This document shows positions 9,835 to 19,000 of a DNA stretch of 64,000 nucleotides, in pieces. Below the pieces are notes generated by a model. It was given only the letters and a program-made list of their open reading frames with translations, did no database searches and was not told where the DNA came from. Source of the stretch: an uncultured virus (IMG/VR IMGVR_UViG_2740892424_000003) (lineage: Duplodnaviria > Heunggongvirae > Uroviricota > Caudoviricetes). The stretch lies in the IMG/VR virus record IMGVR_UViG_2740892424_000003. The stretch is one strand, 5' to 3'. Within the stretch, counting starts at the first letter, position 1. Each line of letters starts with the position of its first letter. The position numbers and the translations under genes are program-made.

Positions 9835-10911
9835 CTAGCTTTTACCCCCGCCCTTAACTTCTCGGGGAATATCGGGGGAATATGCCGAGGGAATATCAGC
9901 CGTATTTTTCCTGGCTGCTTCTACCGTCGGCACGCGCTTGATTGATCTGTCATATACCTGCACTTGCCCCTCTGTTTTGTGTCCGCTTATCTGTTGCTTA
10001 TCCCTACTTGAACCACCCAGATCTGAAATTGCTTTCGCCTTGATATCGTGGAAGGTGAAGTCGAGCGGCATCTTAGTTATCTCTCTTGCCCGAAGGATTG
10101 TGTTGCGCCAGGCAGCATCAAACCCATTGCTGGTATATGCCTGTCCATCCGGCTTAGACAAAACGAATCCCGCAATGCTATGTTTCGCCAGTCTGCCGGC
10201 TGCCTCAATGGCGGCCTTGAGCCTGGGTGACCACATCTTTATCTGCCTGACGGCAGTTTTCCCTTGCTGAATGAACACGCCATCATCTAGGACATGCTCC
10301 CAACGCATGACAAGTACGTCCCCCTTGCGTGCCACGCAGAGGTAAGACAACTCCATTGCGATCTGGATCATGGGTGGTGCAAGGTTGTAAACGGCTTGGT
10401 ATTCCGTATCTGTGATATAGCGGGTTCGCGCTTTCTCTTTGAATTGCCTCACTCCTTGGCATGGGTTGATTTTTACCCGCCCTCGTTCATATGCCCAGCG
10501 ATATGCCCGGGATAAAAAAGCCTTCTCTCTATTTGCCTGCACCCGGCTCTTGAGTCCTCGTTTATCCAGGTATGCCCTGACATGCTTCGGCTCTACCGCG
10601 TCGGCCGCCATTTTTCCGAATACCAGAAGCACCGGTTTGCTGTGCTTCCGGTAGTCCAGTTTGGTGTTCTTTGCCAGATCGGCAAAATCGGCAGATAGGA
10701 AGAACTCATCAATCATGGCTGCCACAGTGTGCGTGGCCACTCGCTGGTCAATCAGTTTTTCGTATGCTGCCCAGACTTCTGACTGCTTTACTGTGGCTGC
10801 GCACACCTTGATTGAACCGCCCCCTACGGGGCGGAACACTATGCTGGGGCCCTTGATATAACAACGTGGTGGCAGCCAGTTGTCTGCTGGGTTGGATCTT
10901 GTCCTTGCCAT
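9835..10911 (-). CDS. int: Tyrosine integrase
   Basis: R(KGD), GKT, FHDIKAK, GHKT, VYDR; stop abuts the att repeat. Confidence 0.93.
   Translation of the reverse strand: MARTRSNPADNWLPPRCYIKGPSIVFRPVGGGSIKVCAATVKQSEVWAAYEKLIDQRVATHTVAAMIDEFFLSADFADLAKNTKLDYRKHSKPVLLVFGKMAADAVEPKHVRAYLDKRGLKSRVQANREKAFLSRAYRWAYERGRVKINPCQGVRQFKEKARTRYITDTEYQAVYNLAPPMIQIAMELSYLCVARKGDVLVMRWEHVLDDGVFIQQGKTAVRQIKMWSPRLKAAIEAAGRLAKHSIAGFVLSKPDGQAYTSNGFDAAWRNTILRAREITKMPLDFTFHDIKAKAISDLGGSSRDKQQISGHKTEGQVQVYDRSIKRVPTVEAARKNTADIPSAYSPDIPREVKGGGKS
9865..9896 (+). promoter_or_regulatory. Putative integrase arm-type sites, 3x GGGAATAT
   Basis: Copies at 9865, 9876, 9889 inside the int 3' end; counterparts near the right att. 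Confidence 0.7.
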
Positions 10912-11132
10912 CAGGAAAGTGCCTCAAGGTTAAAGCCGTTATCGCGATCATCGTTTGCTGGGTGATGGCTTGCGCTCCCAGTCAGCCACTCTCGTGTGGT
11001 GGATGGGCGACCATCAGGGCGGCGCAGGAACCGGATCCCGGCTTTCTCCAGCGCCTTGCATTGTTTCGATGGTAGTTTGTACCCCGTAAGCTGCTCGATC
11101 TCCTGATCGCTTACGACTAGCTGCTTGTTCAT
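10911..11132 (-). CDS. xis: Excisionase-like protein (DUF4224-type)
   Basis: LTGYK.PSKQ..AL...GI.F.RRPDGRP; coupled to int. Confidence 0.8.
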   Translation of the reverse strand: MNKQLVVSDQEIEQLTGYKLPSKQCKALEKAGIRFLRRPDGRPSTTREWLTGSASHHPANDDRDNGFNLEALS

Positions 11133-11502
11133 GCTCGTTGGTCCTCTTTAGTCTGGTTATTTCATCCCGGCCTGCTCGGTTGTAGAGGAAGCATTCGACC
11201 TGCTTCCTGCTGCTGGCCGCCTGGTCAAGGCGGTATTCCCCGAACGCCGGGCGTTTGAGTTGGTGCTGGTTGGCCAGCCGGCCAATGGCTTGGGCGCTGA
11301 CCCCCAGCTCCTTGCCAAGTTCGGTTGCGCTCCAGAGCTGGCCGGCAACCCTGGGCGCTTCGATAGGCAGATCGAAGTGAGCCAGGATGCGGCCGATCTC
11401 GGCGAGCTTGGCCGATCGGGAAAGGGTGGGGGATCGAACGGTACTGACCAGATCATTGAGCAGCTGGCTGTCTTGGTCGATGGTCAGTTGAAGTTGTTGC
11501 AT
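11014..11502 (-). CDS. DNA-binding protein resembling the C-terminal domain of phage antirepressors
   Basis: SATELG..LGVSAQ.IGR.AN...LK...FG....D....S.KQVE.F.YN; AGGAGG RBS. Confidence 0.65.
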   Translation of the reverse strand: MQQLQLTIDQDSQLLNDLVSTVRSPTLSRSAKLAEIGRILAHFDLPIEAPRVAGQLWSATELGKELGVSAQAIGRLANQHQLKRPAFGEYRLDQAASSRKQVECFLYNRAGRDEITRLKRTNEHEQAASRKRSGDRAAYGVQTTIETMQGAGESRDPVPAPP

Positions 11503-11558
11503 GGCGTGGCCCTCCTGCCTCAGAGGATGGGGCGCCAATTGGATTGAAGGAAGGGCCG

Positions 11559-11723
11559 TTAATCGGTTGGCTCATCGATGACCAAGTGGCCTTCCTTGAT
11601 TTCGACACTCAGCCCAGACAGACCACAGGCTGACACCGGCATGTCAAAGGGCAGAGAGCCATCCTTGTGCAGTGCGTTTAGGTAGGTAGCCAGCTCGCCC
11701 CAGGTGTACACCGTCTTGCTCAT
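11559..11723 (-). CDS. 54-aa hypothetical protein (MSKTVYTWGEL...)
   Basis: GAGGA RBS, open frame, fills an operon gap. Confidence 0.55.
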   Translation of the reverse strand: MSKTVYTWGELATYLNALHKDGSLPFDMPVSACGLSGLSVEIKEGHLVIDEPTD

Positions 11724-11738
11724 GATTTTTCCTCTAAC

Positions 11739-12017
11739 TCATTCGCTTCTGATGGTATTGCCGCAACCGGTGCAATACTTCTCGCCGCCGACAAACGAGC
11801 CGGGGTCGTGGAGCTGCTCGCATGACGGGCATTTCAACTGTACGACTGAGGTGGCCACGTCTTGAGTCACCCCATCTACGACAGGGAGCGGCTTGTACTC
11901 GCACCACCACCCACCAACTGCTGGGTCAGCAATGATAGGGCGGCGGCACTGCTTGCCCTCCCATGCCATATCAAACTCACTCCCTTTCTTACCGCAATGT
12001 TGGCATTCTTGAACCAT
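11739..12017 (-). CDS. Small zinc-finger protein
   Basis: CQHC, CPSC, CTGC. Confidence 0.6.
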   Translation of the reverse strand: MVQECQHCGKKGSEFDMAWEGKQCRRPIIADPAVGGWWCEYKPLPVVDGVTQDVATSVVQLKCPSCEQLHDPGSFVGGEKYCTGCGNTIRSE

Positions 12018-12033
12018 CGCCGTTTTTCCTCGA

Positions 12034-12255
12034 TCAGTTGGTCTTTCGCTCATAGATGACGCCGGGGGCAAGAATGCACTGGCGCTCAGTGAGCTGTGAC
12101 AGGTCGAAACCACCTTCACCATTATCCTCGGCGATACTGTGAAATTCGTAACGGTGGCCTGACTCATCAACAAACCAGCGTGGCATCCTGCGACCGCCGA
12201 TAGTGGCTGAAAGCGGGCCGTGCTCAACGATTCTTTGCATAGTCTTACCCATCAT
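12034..12255 (-). CDS. Hypothetical protein
   Basis: Operon packing. Confidence 0.55.
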   Translation of the reverse strand: MMGKTMQRIVEHGPLSATIGGRRMPRWFVDESGHRYEFHSIAEDNGEGGFDLSQLTERQCILAPGVIYERKTN

Positions 12256-12505
12256 ATTCAGGCAGCTTATCGAACTGGTCTTGAGTGAGCATCACGGTTT
12301 CCACCTGATATGGATCATCCAGGTTCTCACATACCCCGTCCCGCTCATCTGCAGGGACGATGAAACATCCCATGTCGCACGTTATGCGGGCGAACTCGAA
12401 ATGTTTGAAGTCCTCGCATCGTGGAGCGTGGAGGCTTGGCGGAAAGCGTCCATCATGCGTTTCGGACAGGTCGCGCGCCATTGTTTGGCAGTTACACATA
12501 CTCAC
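12245..12505 (-). CDS. Hypothetical protein
   Basis: Operon packing, acidic C-terminus. Confidence 0.55.
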   Translation of the reverse strand: MSMCNCQTMARDLSETHDGRFPPSLHAPRCEDFKHFEFARITCDMGCFIVPADERDGVCENLDDPYQVETVMLTQDQFDKLPEYDG

Positions 12506-12585
12506 CCCCTACAAAAGTGCGGACGCCACGATGATGGCCAGCACGTTGATAGCCAGGATCGTGATCCCGACTGCCTGTTGTTTGG

Positions 12586-12891
12586 TCATGCAGCCTCCTC
12601 ATGCAGGATTGAAGTCAGGATCACCGGCTTGCCGAGCTTGATAGCCAGAGCGTGCTCTGCGGTGGCTCCGGCACTTCGTTCCCAGTGAGGAAGCATCACC
12701 AGCTGATCGGCCATCTTGACCATTTCGATGCAGAGGGCCATGTGCTCATGCTGTTCAAGGCCATCCGGCAGGATTGCTGGGTTGAGTGCCACATGCCCCA
12801 GGCCAAGCAGGCGCTGCGCTTCCTGATTGAAAGCGTCGCGGTTGAAGTTGGGCAGGCCCGTCATTGGGCCAGATATGAAAATTTTTGCCAT
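12586..12891 (-). CDS. DUF4406-type protein
   Basis: IFISGPMTGLP.FN..AF...LNPA...W.RS.GA..E..LA. Confidence 0.85.
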   Translation of the reverse strand: MAKIFISGPMTGLPNFNRDAFNQEAQRLLGLGHVALNPAILPDGLEQHEHMALCIEMVKMADQLVMLPHWERSAGATAEHALAIKLGKPVILTSILHEEAA

Positions 12892-12893
12892 GG

Positions 12894-13328
12894 TCAGTCC
12901 CCCAGGTCAGCAAGGGAGAACACGATGCCACGGCAGTAAGGGCCGCCGCCCTCGACCACTTCGAAGGTCTCGTGCGGGATCTCGGTGCTGTAGGTCCAGC
13001 TGTAATCTCCTTCCTTGGCCCACAACGCCTCGATAGTCTTGGCCTTGCCCTTGCGGTAGTAGTAGCTGGCAAGTTCTTCATCGGTGTCCAGGTTGTCGGC
13101 GCTTTCCGGCAGCAGGCCTTCGGCATCCACCAGGGCGGTACCACCATCCCAGACGCCGATCTCATCGTTGATCGCGCCGGCGAACTCCATCAGGTCGTCG
13201 CTGGCGCCGTAGACGATTACCAGTCCGGCGTCCTTAGCCTCAGCCTCCAGCTCTTTGCTGATGCGAAGCGGGTAGCTTGCTCCATTCAGACGGCCTGCCA
13301 GGCCCTGCACTTGCAATTCGATACTCAT
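12894..13328 (-). CDS. Acidic phage protein
   Basis: GASDDLMEF.G motif; AGGA RBS. Confidence 0.75.
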   Translation of the reverse strand: MSIELQVQGLAGRLNGASYPLRISKELEAEAKDAGLVIVYGASDDLMEFAGAINDEIGVWDGGTALVDAEGLLPESADNLDTDEELASYYYRKGKAKTIEALWAKEGDYSWTYSTEIPHETFEVVEGGGPYCRGIVFSLADLGD

Positions 13329-13401
13329 GGGTTGTCCTTATTGAAAAGCCCCGGACTGGCCGGGGCTTGAAAAGAAAACGCCGCATTTCTGCGGCGCTTG
13401 G

Positions 13402-13629
13402 TTACTGGTCGTCATAATCTGGCTCATCGAAAGCCCACGGTGGAGCTGTAATCTTCTGGCCAGGCTTCCACCCCATCTCTTCGAGCAAGTCTGGATCAGC
13501 ATCTTCTGGGATGTTGGCGTAGCACTCGTATGGCATTTCGCCACTGTTACCAGTGTCTTCATGCCATTCAAGATCTAGGCTTTCATAGCTATCTTCAGTC
13601 ATTTTCAGGTAATCACTGATGGCGCTCAT
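13402..13629 (-). CDS. Very acidic 75-aa moron-like protein
   Basis: GGAG RBS; 21 D/E versus 3 K; downstream terminator hairpins at 13344-13398. Confidence 0.75.
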   Translation of the reverse strand: MSAISDYLKMTEDSYESLDLEWHEDTGNSGEMPYECYANIPEDADPDLLEEMGWKPGQKITAPPWAFDEPDYDDQ

Positions 13630-13696
13630 GCTTAACTCCGATCGCGTGTTGTGGGTTGAGCCAGCAGTCTACAGGGATTCGATATTGACCGTCACG

Positions 13697-13915
13697 TCAG
13701 GCCCGCCAGCCCCGGTACCCGATAAAGCCGGGCTCCATGACTTGCCGGAACGGCAGGACGGGGAGGTGGGCTATCAGGGTCTTGAGCTGGGGGTTATCTG
13801 GCTGGCTGTCGATGGTGACCCGGGCGCCCGGGTTGATGCGCAGGTATCGATCCCGCGCATCGGTGGCTTCCTCCTTGGTCAGTCCGGGCTGGATGATGGG
13901 CTCGCGGTAGCGCAC
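13697..13915 (-). CDS. Hypothetical protein
   Basis: AGGAGG RBS, GTG start. Confidence 0.65.
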   Translation of the reverse strand: MRYREPIIQPGLTKEEATDARDRYLRINPGARVTIDSQPDNPQLKTLIAHLPVLPFRQVMEPGFIGYRGWRA

Positions 13916-14778
13916 GACTCACCTCCTTGCGGATTTTGGGTGGCGAGCATTGCGTGCTCATGGAGGTTATTGAACACCGCGAATACCCCTTCGATATGCG
14001 GGTGCGCAAAGGCTTTCGTGGATTTCAGAAGCTCCTGCTTGAAGTCTGATGCGCCCTGCACATAGTCGAGGTTATGTGTTGCATGCTCCAGCTTCTTGTC
14101 GGCGGCGAGCATCAACGCATCAGCCAGCAGCACATATTCCCCCTCGTCGTCTTGCTCCATTTCGGATCCGCAATCCTGACCGAAAGAGTCGCAGTGACCT
14201 CCTAGCGTGTAGCGCTGGAGGGAGGCTATGTCTGACAGCGAAACCATGTCGAGCGGCTGATCCGGCAGTTTGCCGGCCAAGGCGGCGTCGATGCGCTCGT
14301 CCAGATTGACAGGGAAGCACCACTCCCCCTCAACGCCATCTCGCAGCTCGCACAGCAATCCAGCCATCACCCCGCACTGGCGAGTGGCATCGGAGAGCTG
14401 TGCGACCAGCTTCATCTCGCGCTCGTGGTGGTTGGCCAGCAGCTCAAGCCGCGACTTGAGTGGGTGATCTGCCAGCACCGAACCGGTGGAGATGGCGCGT
14501 TCTATTGCCACGCCGGTGCGGTGGAACTTCTCCAGCAGTTCGTGCTCGCGGTGGTTTACCAGCCCCAGCACCACATAACCCGGCTTCTGCTCGAAGTCGG
14601 TGATGTAGCTGACCACCTTCTCCACAAAGTCACCGGTGAACTCGCCATCCCATGCCTTGAGCAGTAGGGTGTCGCCCACCTGGAAGTTGCGGTCGGCGTT
14701 GTTGCAGATCTCGAAGGTCTTTTCGCCGAAGAAAACGGCAGCGAAGTATTCCGGCTTGATCTTGAGTTCGTGCTTCAC
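13879..14778 (-). CDS. ASCH/DUF3850-domain mosaic protein
   Basis: HELKI.PEYF.AV..G.KTFE....DRNFQVGD.L.L... Confidence 0.75.
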   Translation of the reverse strand: MKHELKIKPEYFAAVFFGEKTFEICNNADRNFQVGDTLLLKAWDGEFTGDFVEKVVSYITDFEQKPGYVVLGLVNHREHELLEKFHRTGVAIERAISTGSVLADHPLKSRLELLANHHEREMKLVAQLSDATRQCGVMAGLLCELRDGVEGEWCFPVNLDERIDAALAGKLPDQPLDMVSLSDIASLQRYTLGGHCDSFGQDCGSEMEQDDEGEYVLLADALMLAADKKLEHATHNLDYVQGASDFKQELLKSTKAFAHPHIEGVFAVFNNLHEHAMLATQNPQGGESCATASPSSSPD

Positions 14779-15401
14779 GATTGCTCTCCTTCCAAATTGG
14801 ACATGGCTCTGGCCTTGATCATGTTGAGCGCGTCGCGCACATCAGAAAGCTCAAAGTCACCCTTTATTTGCGCGTGCCGGAATGCTGTGGAGATGAACTC
14901 CATGATTTGCTCATCAGTCCAATCCAGCACTGACAGCAGCGCATCCCGATGCTTGGTCATGGCGCTGAGCTTCTGCGCCGGGGTGAGCCCTTCGGCGCGC
15001 TGTACCGTGAGCGTTATGTGCCCTGTCTCGGGATGGAACAGGCCGAACTCCATGTAGTTTTCAGCCGCATTTGCCTCCATCTTGCCGGCAAACCCTGCAG
15101 CCATAAGCTGCATCGACACATCGGAAAGCCTGAGTTCACCGCTGTTGGCGTTTTCGATTTCGTGCAGGTACACCTGCTGACCGATGAAGTCTGCAAACGT
15201 GCCTGCTTCTATGGCTGCGGTATCGAACTCATGAAGCAGGTTCCAGCAGGCGACGATGCGGCGGGCGTTGGCCTTGCCTTCGCTGTCTGGAAAGCCGTTC
15301 TCATCTCGCGGCCATACTTCGCAAATCCCGGTGCCATCGGAAGACCCGACCGATTGGCCGTCACGAAAAAGGGCCAGCAGGCCCTTGGTGTGTTCGCTCA
15401 T
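14775..15401 (-). CDS. Hypothetical protein with ANARRIVAC motif
   Basis: Motif shared with 24812-25273. Confidence 0.7.
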   Translation of the reverse strand: MSEHTKGLLALFRDGQSVGSSDGTGICEVWPRDENGFPDSEGKANARRIVACWNLLHEFDTAAIEAGTFADFIGQQVYLHEIENANSGELRLSDVSMQLMAAGFAGKMEANAAENYMEFGLFHPETGHITLTVQRAEGLTPAQKLSAMTKHRDALLSVLDWTDEQIMEFISTAFRHAQIKGDFELSDVRDALNMIKARAMSNLEGEQS

Positions 15402-15733
15402 GCTTCAACCTCCTCAAGGTGGCGGGCAAAGAGTGCTACCGCACCATCTTCGGTATCCCATATGCCAAGCAGGAACCAGCCAGCGCCAGCCGGGGGTGTA
15501 GGGTTCCAACCTTTAACAATATCGATATAGTCGCCGTCACCCTCCCACTGCTCGATCAGGCATTCCGGTAAGTCATCTTCCATTGATACAAACGAGCAGA
15601 CGATCTCCTGTTCTTCCAGCCAGTTGGTGTATTGGCTGCCAAGTGTTTCGCCGAAATCAGGGAAATCAGGGTGAATCCAGAAGCCCATTTCGTCCCGCTT
15701 CACCTCGGCTGGTGCAATGCGTTGTTGGCTCAT
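15398..15733 (-). CDS. Hypothetical phage protein
   Basis: RDE.G.W.HP ... W.P.PP.G.GWFL..I.DTEDG pattern. Confidence 0.75.
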   Translation of the reverse strand: MSQQRIAPAEVKRDEMGFWIHPDFPDFGETLGSQYTNWLEEQEIVCSFVSMEDDLPECLIEQWEGDGDYIDIVKGWNPTPPAGAGWFLLGIWDTEDGAVALFARHLEEVEA

Positions 15734-16245
15734 GCTGCCTTCTCCTGTCTCAGGTTCTGCTCCGCAGTGTTGAACTCGCTGCCCAGGATCTCGGTCATCA
15801 TCGGGCCGACCTTGGCGCCGGTGCGCAGGTATATCGCGCCGTCATGCGCAAACATGGTGAAGCCACCACCAAACAGCAGGTCTCCCCAGCTAATCCCCAT
15901 GGACTCATAAAGCGGATTGGCTTCCACTGACTCCGGAAACATCTCCCAGTAGCGATCCTGTAGCTCCTGTTGCTCCTTGGTCTTGCCCTTTACCTTCCCT
16001 CGGCGCGGCGCCGACAGGCAGTTATGGTCTGGCTTTGTCCAGAGGTCTTTATCTTCCCGCTGGTAATAGTTGTTCAGCACCAGATGAGCGCACTTGAACC
16101 GGTTCACGTCGCTGCAGAACTTCGGCTTGCCATCAAACTCTTTGCCCAGCACGTTGGCCTTCTCGATCAAGGCATCCTTTGCAGCTTCAAAGGTGGCGTG
16201 AGCGGCCAGCACGCTGGCATCTGTGGTTTTGTAGAAGCTGGTCAT
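15730..16245 (-). CDS. Eac-like hypothetical phage protein
   Basis: ATGA overlaps; EI..SEF C-terminal motif. Confidence 0.6.
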   Translation of the reverse strand: MTSFYKTTDASVLAAHATFEAAKDALIEKANVLGKEFDGKPKFCSDVNRFKCAHLVLNNYYQREDKDLWTKPDHNCLSAPRRGKVKGKTKEQQELQDRYWEMFPESVEANPLYESMGISWGDLLFGGGFTMFAHDGAIYLRTGAKVGPMMTEILGSEFNTAEQNLRQEKAA

Positions 16246-17153
16246 AGTGCTGACTCCTCGCCACTCAAGGCGGCAAACAGGGCAGGGATGAACTGGGCCA
16301 GCTCGCCGGTTACCAGGGCGAAATCCGCATCCAGCCGAGCGGCGGGATCCTCGCTGGTCACATCGTCGTTCTGCTCGCGCAGCTCCTCGCTGAACTTCAG
16401 GCGCTTGATGGAGAGGTCATCGCCCAGCACGAAGCTGAGGCGCCCACCCCAGTTCAGGGCCAGTTTGGTGACCAGCTTGTCGTTGGCGAGGTGGTTTTTC
16501 ACCTCGTCGGTCATCAGATCCTGTTGCTTGAAGCGGGCGATCCCGCCGTGTTCCATTGCGCTGCGTAGCTCGGATTCATCCTCCAGGGTGAACGCGGCTG
16601 GCAGGTTCCCCTCTTGCAGCCACTCGGTCATGGTGATCTCGGGCGGATTCTTGAGCGCCACCGGCACCACCGGCAGGCTGCCGATGGACTTGCGCAACAG
16701 AGCCAGCACGTCCTCAGCCTTCTTGGCGCTGGAGGCATCAACTATCAGCAAGCCATCGGCAGCGTTGATCCATGCAAAGGTGTTGGTGGTGCGACTGAAT
16801 GCGCGGGGCAGCAGGGTGTGCAGCAGCTCCTCCTTGAGTGCTTCCTTCTCTTTCTTTTTGAGGGCGCGGCCCTGTTCGAATTCGATCGCTTCCACCTTCT
16901 CGGCCAGCTGCTCCTTGATCACCGTGCTGGGCAGCATCTTCTGCTCCTTGCGGGCGCAGATGAGGATCTGGCCGTCGGCGGAGTGGGTCAGGGCTCTGCC
17001 GAACTTGCCAAGCGGTGGCGTCCAGCCGAAGCGTGACATGTCCTGGCTTCCGCAGGGGGTGAAGGTGAGGGATTCGAGCTGGCTTTCCAGTTGTTCGGTG
17101 GTCAGGTCGAACGGGCGGGTAAAGCGGTAAACTTGAAGGTTTTTAAACCACAT
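16242..17153 (-). CDS. rdgC: Recombination-associated protein RdgC
   Basis: MWFKNLQVYR, LLPRAF, LGDDLSIKRLKF, DADFAL. Confidence 0.95.
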   Translation of the reverse strand: MWFKNLQVYRFTRPFDLTTEQLESQLESLTFTPCGSQDMSRFGWTPPLGKFGRALTHSADGQILICARKEQKMLPSTVIKEQLAEKVEAIEFEQGRALKKKEKEALKEELLHTLLPRAFSRTTNTFAWINAADGLLIVDASSAKKAEDVLALLRKSIGSLPVVPVALKNPPEITMTEWLQEGNLPAAFTLEDESELRSAMEHGGIARFKQQDLMTDEVKNHLANDKLVTKLALNWGGRLSFVLGDDLSIKRLKFSEELREQNDDVTSEDPAARLDADFALVTGELAQFIPALFAALSGEESAL

Positions 17154-17177
17154 GGTCTGGGGTCCTTTTTTGGTCGG

Positions 17178-17357
17178 TTAGGTGCGGGCTTTCTTGGCCA
17201 GCAGGTCATGGATTTTCTTGGCGGCTGCTTCGGCTTGCGGCCTGTTGCAGATGGTGCCGCCAGGCAGGATGAACTTGTTGGGCTGCTTGGGGTGGGGCAC
17301 GACAACGCCCAACCCGATGACTACTGCGCCGCAGTAGGGGTTTCCCGTGGTTCTCAT
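17178..17357 (-). CDS. Hypothetical protein (MRTTGNPYCGAVVIGLG...)
   Basis: GAGG RBS; ILPGG motif. Confidence 0.6.
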   Translation of the reverse strand: MRTTGNPYCGAVVIGLGVVVPHPKQPNKFILPGGTICNRPQAEAAAKKIHDLLAKKART

Positions 17358-17416
17358 GGGGGACCTCTGAGTTATCCACCGTTTCTGTGTGGCCAGCGGT
17401 GGATGGTTTGGGGGTA

Positions 17417-18001
17417 TCAGGCTGCGGACTGCTCTGGTATTGATGGGGCTTCGTTGCCCCAGCAGTCCCACCCGGGGGCCGCTTGGCGAGCAAAAAGCTC
17501 AATTCGCGGTACATCGCCGCACAGTTTTTCTATGGCTTCGCGGAACTCGTTCGGCTTCTCGCTATGGCGACCCACCTTGGCGCGAATTACCGAGCGCACA
17601 GCCTTGTCTATGACCAGGCTGCTAACCTTGCCCTTGATGCCAATCAGGGCGCACTCTGCACCAGCCCGAGTGGCCCATCCCATACCGAAGTGGGGCTTGT
17701 CCTTCGTGGTGCGCTTCTCCCACACAAATCCGGTCATGGTCATGGCTCGGAACCCCCAGGCACGACACAGGTCGATAGCCTCTTGTGGCATACTGCCGAC
17801 CCACCACATGATCAGCATGCAGTTATCGTCTGCCAGCCTTGCCACAGGCAGGGCCTTCATGTCATCTATCGAGGTGACGCTGTACACCTGCGCGGCCCCG
17901 CTTTTCATTGATCCGCCAGACTTTTTCGACTTGAATTGCCATGCTGGGTCAGCATAGATCACTCGGTACTTGCGGCTGGTGCTAAGGATGTCGATGTTCA
18001 T
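17417..18001 (-). CDS. MT-A70 family adenine methyltransferase
   Basis: YADPAW, HSEKP, RIELFAR, W..WGNE. Confidence 0.92.
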   Translation of the reverse strand: MNIDILSTSRKYRVIYADPAWQFKSKKSGGSMKSGAAQVYSVTSIDDMKALPVARLADDNCMLIMWWVGSMPQEAIDLCRAWGFRAMTMTGFVWEKRTTKDKPHFGMGWATRAGAECALIGIKGKVSSLVIDKAVRSVIRAKVGRHSEKPNEFREAIEKLCGDVPRIELFARQAAPGWDCWGNEAPSIPEQSAA

Positions 18002-18298
18002 GCAACCCCCTTGGTGTCTTGTTCCTTAACTTCGGTAAAGGTTTTGCATCCGCAGTTGGGGCAGCAGAGATCGCGAGCCCACCCACCACGAGATAGCTTC
18101 TCGATAAGGTCTGATCGGCCATGAACCTTTCGACAGCGCCTGCACTTGAGAACGTCTGCCATCAGCGCACCTCCTTGGTGTCAATGCCGAGTTGTTTAGC
18201 CAGTTGCTGGCGTTCTATCTCATCTCGCTTTTGCTGGCGCAGTTTGAGTTTGATGGTGGCCTGGCGGTCCTGCACCATGCCACGGTGGGGGTAGAGGC

Positions 18299-19000
18299 TC
18301 ATGCCACCTCCTTTCTGGCTTTTCTGTATCTGGCCGCGTCCTCGCAGTCATCAATGTGGCTGGCGCCATACTTCTCTCTGGCCGCCTCTGCACAGGTGTA
18401 TGTTTCATGAGGAATGAATCCCCAAGTAACCTTCCCGCAGTCAGGGCAGTTGCCGCGGGTGCGGCCGGTTGTCGGTCGCTCACGCTTGCTCCTGGGCTTG
18501 CGGATCCCGGCAGCGGTGATCATGCGGCGCTCGTTGACGTTGCGCGCTTGGAATGTGCGGCGGCTGATGGATACTGCATACAGAAACGGGTAAATGACAG
18601 CATCATCCAGAAACCGCATGGCCTGCTCAGCTTCATCCTTGGTCAGCACCATGGCGTCTGAAAGGTTCGCCGTGCAACCGCGCTCGGCCTTCCAGTAAAC
18701 GTCGTTACCATCGTAGTCACCTCGGCTGACGTGAATGACATACTCACCACCATCGGCGACTTCACCCCCCTGACTCTCATCCAGATACTGGTGATCCACC
18801 CGCACGGTAACGAGCTCATCGACCAGCGCTTTACTGAGCGGTACATCTGTGTGGCGGTCGTTGAAGTGGCTCTGAGCCTCCTCCAGCGTGTAGACGTGGG
18901 CCTTGTCGAGGTTGGTGGTGTAACCGTTGCCGTTCTCCGCCCAGAACATGCAGGAGCTGCCTGTGTTGCTGCGGGTGTCGCGCAGGTAGAAGCTGGTCAT
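18299..19000 (-). CDS. Hypothetical protein with C-terminal CPDC
   Basis: FW..NG.GYTTNLDKAH pattern; ATGA overlaps. Confidence 0.75.
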   Translation of the reverse strand: MTSFYLRDTRSNTGSSCMFWAENGNGYTTNLDKAHVYTLEEAQSHFNDRHTDVPLSKALVDELVTVRVDHQYLDESQGGEVADGGEYVIHVSRGDYDGNDVYWKAERGCTANLSDAMVLTKDEAEQAMRFLDDAVIYPFLYAVSISRRTFQARNVNERRMITAAGIRKPRSKRERPTTGRTRGNCPDCGKVTWGFIPHETYTCAEAAREKYGASHIDDCEDAARYRKARKEVA

